NCBI GenBank assembly: GCA_947259765.1
Contig: CAMYNG010000001.1
Location: forward strand, 30,219 to 94,218
DNA length: 64,000 bases
Direction of reading: 5' to 3'
From: an uncultured Ectothiorhodospiraceae bacterium
GTDB lineage: Bacteria; Pseudomonadota; Gammaproteobacteria; CAMYNG01
Under the pieces are notes generated by a model. The model did not search any database, had not been told where the DNA came from, and worked only from the letters and a program-made list of their open reading frames with translations. Both the position numbers and the translations under genes were made by a program. Shown here piece after piece: positions 61,050-64,000 of the stretch (positions are counted from its first letter, which is position 1; every line of letters begins with the position of its first letter).

Positions 61050-61333
61050 ACTGTTCCGACAAGGTGTCCACCCAGATCCAGATGAGAAGGTTTCCGGGTT
61101 TCCCTGGCAAGACTCTTTCGGCAGCAGGGATGCTGCCGTGAAGCCTACAGGGGTGAGTTTCGGTGCCCCCGAAACGAACGGGCGCACACGGACGTGCGCC
61201 CTGGACTTACTTTGCGCGCTGGACGCGTAGCAAAGACAGTATTTACGGCGTGTCCTGGCAGGGAAACCCGGAAACCTGACCCGCGATAACCGGTTTTCAC
61301 CCTATTCCAAGGTGGACACCTTTTCGGAGCAGT
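61050..61333. mobile_element. 284-bp MITE-like nested-hairpin element (no coding capacity)
   Basis: The 23-bp terminal inverted repeats ACTGTTCCGACAAGGTGTCCACC (61050-61072) and ggtggacaccttttcggagcagt (61311-61333) match at 21/23. TA flanks both ends (61048-49, 61334-35). An inner perfect 18-bp stem joins 61089-61106 and 61259-61276. Four internal hairpins lie within. Confidence 0.65.
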
Positions 61334-61423
61334 TAGTCTGAATCCGTAGCACAGTCTTTACAGCGTAGCTCACTGTCCGGATGGTTACGGCGTCCCGTCT
61401 CGGTCACGAACCGGGGGCCAGAC

Positions 61424-61975
61424 CTACTCACGAGCCATCGGTGATGAATCCGAATTTTCAAGCTCCGGAAACAACTCCGACTCGAACCCAAAGCTGCGCA
61501 TATCACGAATTCGTTGTGGATAAAGGATTCCGTCGATGTGATCGACCTCATGCTGCACAACGCGGGCATGGAAACCGTCTGCCGTTCGCTCCAGTGCTTG
61601 GCCGCGCTGATCGTAGCCTGAGTAATGTATTTTCCGATTGCGGGGCACCAGTCCACGTAGGCCGGGAACACTCAAGCAACCCTCCCAATCCACTTCCTCG
61701 CTCGAATCAAGCACGCTAATTTGTGGATTGATCAAGACCGTCATGGGCACGGCTTCGACCTCCGGGTAACGTGGATTGGCTTCAACACCGAAGATAACTA
61801 CACGTTTGCTAACGGCAATTTGTGGCGCTGCCAATCCGGCCCCGTTGAGTGCTGCCATGGTATCGAACATATCCTGCACAAGCGCATCCAACTCATGCGT
61901 GTTAAACTGCTCCACGGGACTCGCCACTTTTGTCAGGAGCGGATGTCCCATGCGTATCACTTGTTGAACCGCCAT
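61424..61975 (-). CDS. def: Peptide deformylase
   Basis: All three deformylase motifs are present: GAGLAAPQI, EGCLSVPG and QHEVDHIDG. Confidence 0.95.
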   Translation of the reverse strand: MAVQQVIRMGHPLLTKVASPVEQFNTHELDALVQDMFDTMAALNGAGLAAPQIAVSKRVVIFGVEANPRYPEVEAVPMTVLINPQISVLDSSEEVDWEGCLSVPGLRGLVPRNRKIHYSGYDQRGQALERTADGFHARVVQHEVDHIDGILYPQRIRDMRSFGFESELFPELENSDSSPMARE

Positions 61976-62019
61976 TCGGTTTCACCTTGAGGTAATGCTT
62001 CACACTATAGCAGTCTACT

Positions 62020-62802
62020 TTGCCAAGGGATAAGACATTGCGACAGATATTCGCTGCTCTTTTTTTAGCTATCATCAGCTTGCCTGTTGTAGCGGAAAAC
62101 GTACGCTACTATGACGTCGAAATAGTATTGTTTGAGAATCTTGACCCGGCTGCACGCCAGTCAGAAGCCTGGGAATCCGACGTACAGCCTGCAACGCCGG
62201 AATCTTTCATTGAACTGGGCTTGCCCTTTCCCGGGCCCTTGCCGGAAGACTACATTCCGGCCAATACGTTTAAGCCTTTGCCTGACAAGGCTCTGCGTCT
62301 TAGCAAGGAAGTCGGCTTCCTGAAAAAATCAGATCGCTACCGCGTTCTTATGCACCTTGGCTGGCGACAACCCGGAATGCCTGCCGACAAATCGCTTGCG
62401 GTCCATCTTGAACGTCTGGTGCCACCGTTGGAAACAAATATTTTGGATGCCCCGGCAAACAGTCTTGCTGACAACATTGAGGCAGTAGACGCAGAGTCAA
62501 TGGACTCAGTGCCAACCACTCCCGCGAACTACAAGCTTGACGGGTTTGTTCGCCTCAGTTTGTCGCGTTATCTACACATCAACACTGATCTTGTCTATCG
62601 GCAAGAGGCTGCAACGGATAACTGGAGTCAGGTGCTCGAGACAGACACTGAAGGCGCGACTCGTATCGACAGCCTGCCGCCCACGTTCCATCTCTTACAA
62701 GCCCGTCGTATGCGCAGTGGCGAGTTACACTACATCGACCATCCTGTACTGGGTATGCTTATTCTTGTTTCACCGATTAAAAAACCCAAGTCTGCCTCGT
62801 GA
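62020..62802 (+). CDS. CsiV-like (DUF2803) periplasmic peptidoglycan-binding protein
   Basis: It has a TTG start and a signal peptide. The N-terminal YYDVEIVLFEN and C-terminal RRMRSGELHYIDHPVLGMLILV match my recollection of the CsiV family signature. Confidence 0.6.
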   Translation: MPRDKTLRQIFAALFLAIISLPVVAENVRYYDVEIVLFENLDPAARQSEAWESDVQPATPESFIELGLPFPGPLPEDYIPANTFKPLPDKALRLSKEVGFLKKSDRYRVLMHLGWRQPGMPADKSLAVHLERLVPPLETNILDAPANSLADNIEAVDAESMDSVPTTPANYKLDGFVRLSLSRYLHINTDLVYRQEAATDNWSQVLETDTEGATRIDSLPPTFHLLQARRMRSGELHYIDHPVLGMLILVSPIKKPKSAS

Positions 62803-62868
62803 GCAAATAGGTAATCGAACGGAGTAAATTTTAAAGTTTATGGTGCTGTCTTTACACCGGAAAGGGTT

Positions 62869-63609
62869 TTAGTAATTCGAAATAGTTTGTTCAAGCAGTA
62901 AGCGGACGTGCTGCATTCCAGCAACGAGATTTTGTTCAATCTCGGCCATTGTGATTTCTCCGCTGCCTCTACCTGCCGCCCAATTCGCCACCACCGCGAG
63001 TGAGGCGTAACAGAGTTCCAACTCTCTTGCCAATGCCGCTTCCGGCATGCCTGTCATGCCGACGATATCGCATCCGTCTTGCTCAAGTCGATCAATTTCG
63101 GCCGCAGTCTCTAATCTCGGACCTTGTGTCACTGCATAGGTGCCCTGCTCTACGAGATCCAAGTCTGCTTTATTGGCACTGTGAATTATTTCTTGACGCA
63201 GAGTTTCGCAATAGGGTTCCGTAAAATCGATATGCACCACGGAGCGCAAGCCGTCTTCAAAAAAAGTGTTCTGTCGCGACCAGGTATAATCAATTAGCTG
63301 ATTTGGCACGACGAGTCGTGCCGGTGACATGGACGCCGCTATTCCCCCCACAGCATTTACCGCAATAATGTGCTCGGCACCGACATGGTTTAGCGCCCAC
63401 AGGTTTGCACGAAAATTCACACGATGGGGCGGAATCGTATGCCCGTAGCCATGGCGGGCTAGAAAAACAACCTCACGCCCCGCCAGGCTACCCCAGATTA
63501 GGGGGCCCGAAGGTACCCCATAGGGCGTTTGCACCATCTCCCGGCGGAGAACTTCCAGGTTATTGAGCGAAGTCAATCCGGTACCGCCAATAATCGCTAT
63601 ATGCCCCAT
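62869..63609 (-). CDS. MTAP-family purine nucleoside phosphorylase (methylthioadenosine/methylthioinosine phosphorylase)
   Basis: The N-terminus is IAIIGGTGL, followed by FLARHG..H.IPPH.VN.RAN and a C-terminal VGMTGMPEA. The start abuts the upstream hpt stop. Confidence 0.9.
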   Translation of the reverse strand: MGHIAIIGGTGLTSLNNLEVLRREMVQTPYGVPSGPLIWGSLAGREVVFLARHGYGHTIPPHRVNFRANLWALNHVGAEHIIAVNAVGGIAASMSPARLVVPNQLIDYTWSRQNTFFEDGLRSVVHIDFTEPYCETLRQEIIHSANKADLDLVEQGTYAVTQGPRLETAAEIDRLEQDGCDIVGMTGMPEAALARELELCYASLAVVANWAAGRGSGEITMAEIEQNLVAGMQHVRLLLEQTISNY

Positions 63610-64000
63610 CTAAAGTCCTTTTACCGCATAGATACCATCTACATTACGCAAATACCCTTTGTAATCCATGCCGAAACCGAATACGTACCGATCGGGTATT
63701 GTCAGACCGACAAAATCCGCTTTTACAGCGGACTTGCGTTCACATTGTTTGTCAACAAGTACGCAACTGTAAGTTTCCGCTGCGCCCTCGGCCTGACAAA
63801 ACTCGAGCAGCTTCGCTAAGGTAATACCTTGATCCAGAATATCGTCTATGACCAAAACCGTACGTTGCGCCAGACTACAAACAGGTTTGACACGCCAGTC
63901 CAATTCACCACCCTGAGTCTGATTTCCATAGCGCGTAGCATGCACGAAGTCAACGCGCAGCGGAAACTTCAACCGCGTGAGTAAATTGCCGGCTGGTATC
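63610..64000 (-). CDS. hpt: Hypoxanthine/guanine phosphoribosyltransferase, 5'-truncated by the window edge
   Basis: The frame stays open to the window end. The PRPP-binding motif VLVIDDILDQGITL is present, and the C-terminal FVGLTIPDRYVFGFGMDY aligns to E. coli Hpt (FIGFSIPDEFVVGYGIDY). Confidence 0.85.
   Translation of the reverse strand, partial: IPAGNLLTRLKFPLRVDFVHATRYGNQTQGGELDWRVKPVCSLAQRTVLVIDDILDQGITLAKLLEFCQAEGAAETYSCVLVDKQCERKSAVKADFVGLTIPDRYVFGFGMDYKGYLRNVDGIYAVKGL

Overview
The window reads as a chromosomal segment of a gammaproteobacterium. Evidence is the collinear smc-zipA-ligA block plus metH, mfd, def, acs, dksA, gluQ, oxyR, queF and cysZ, whose translations align by eye to the E. 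coli proteins. I support about 60 protein-coding genes, densely packed on both strands. I found no rRNA, tRNA or CRISPR array. Most of the window is ordinary core genome, and I cannot point to one unambiguous novel system. The candidates worth a second look are: (1) a six-gene envelope-glycan cluster at 21.6-29.9 kb, combining an ArnT-like GT-C transferase, a DprE1/ALO-like flavin oxidase, a DegT aminotransferase, an MprF-flippase-like membrane protein, a second aminotransferase and a GT9 enzyme; (2) a 284-bp MITE-like element between mfd and def, built as a nested hairpin with 23-bp terminal inverted repeats and flanking TA; (3) a DksA with a ~105-aa histone-H1-like lysine/alanine N-terminal extension encoded partly by a perfect 55-bp repeat; (4) an AT-richer island at ~32.6-37.4 kb holding an ArsR operon with twin palindromic operators, a SHOCT membrane protein, an orphan pentaheme cytochrome and a truncated HUH/Y1 transposase with a perfect 30-bp in-frame tandem duplication; (5) a REP-like hairpin and tandem-repeat cluster at 45.6-45.85 kb. 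All functional calls rest on motif and by-eye homology recognition. No database search, folding or GC computation was run.
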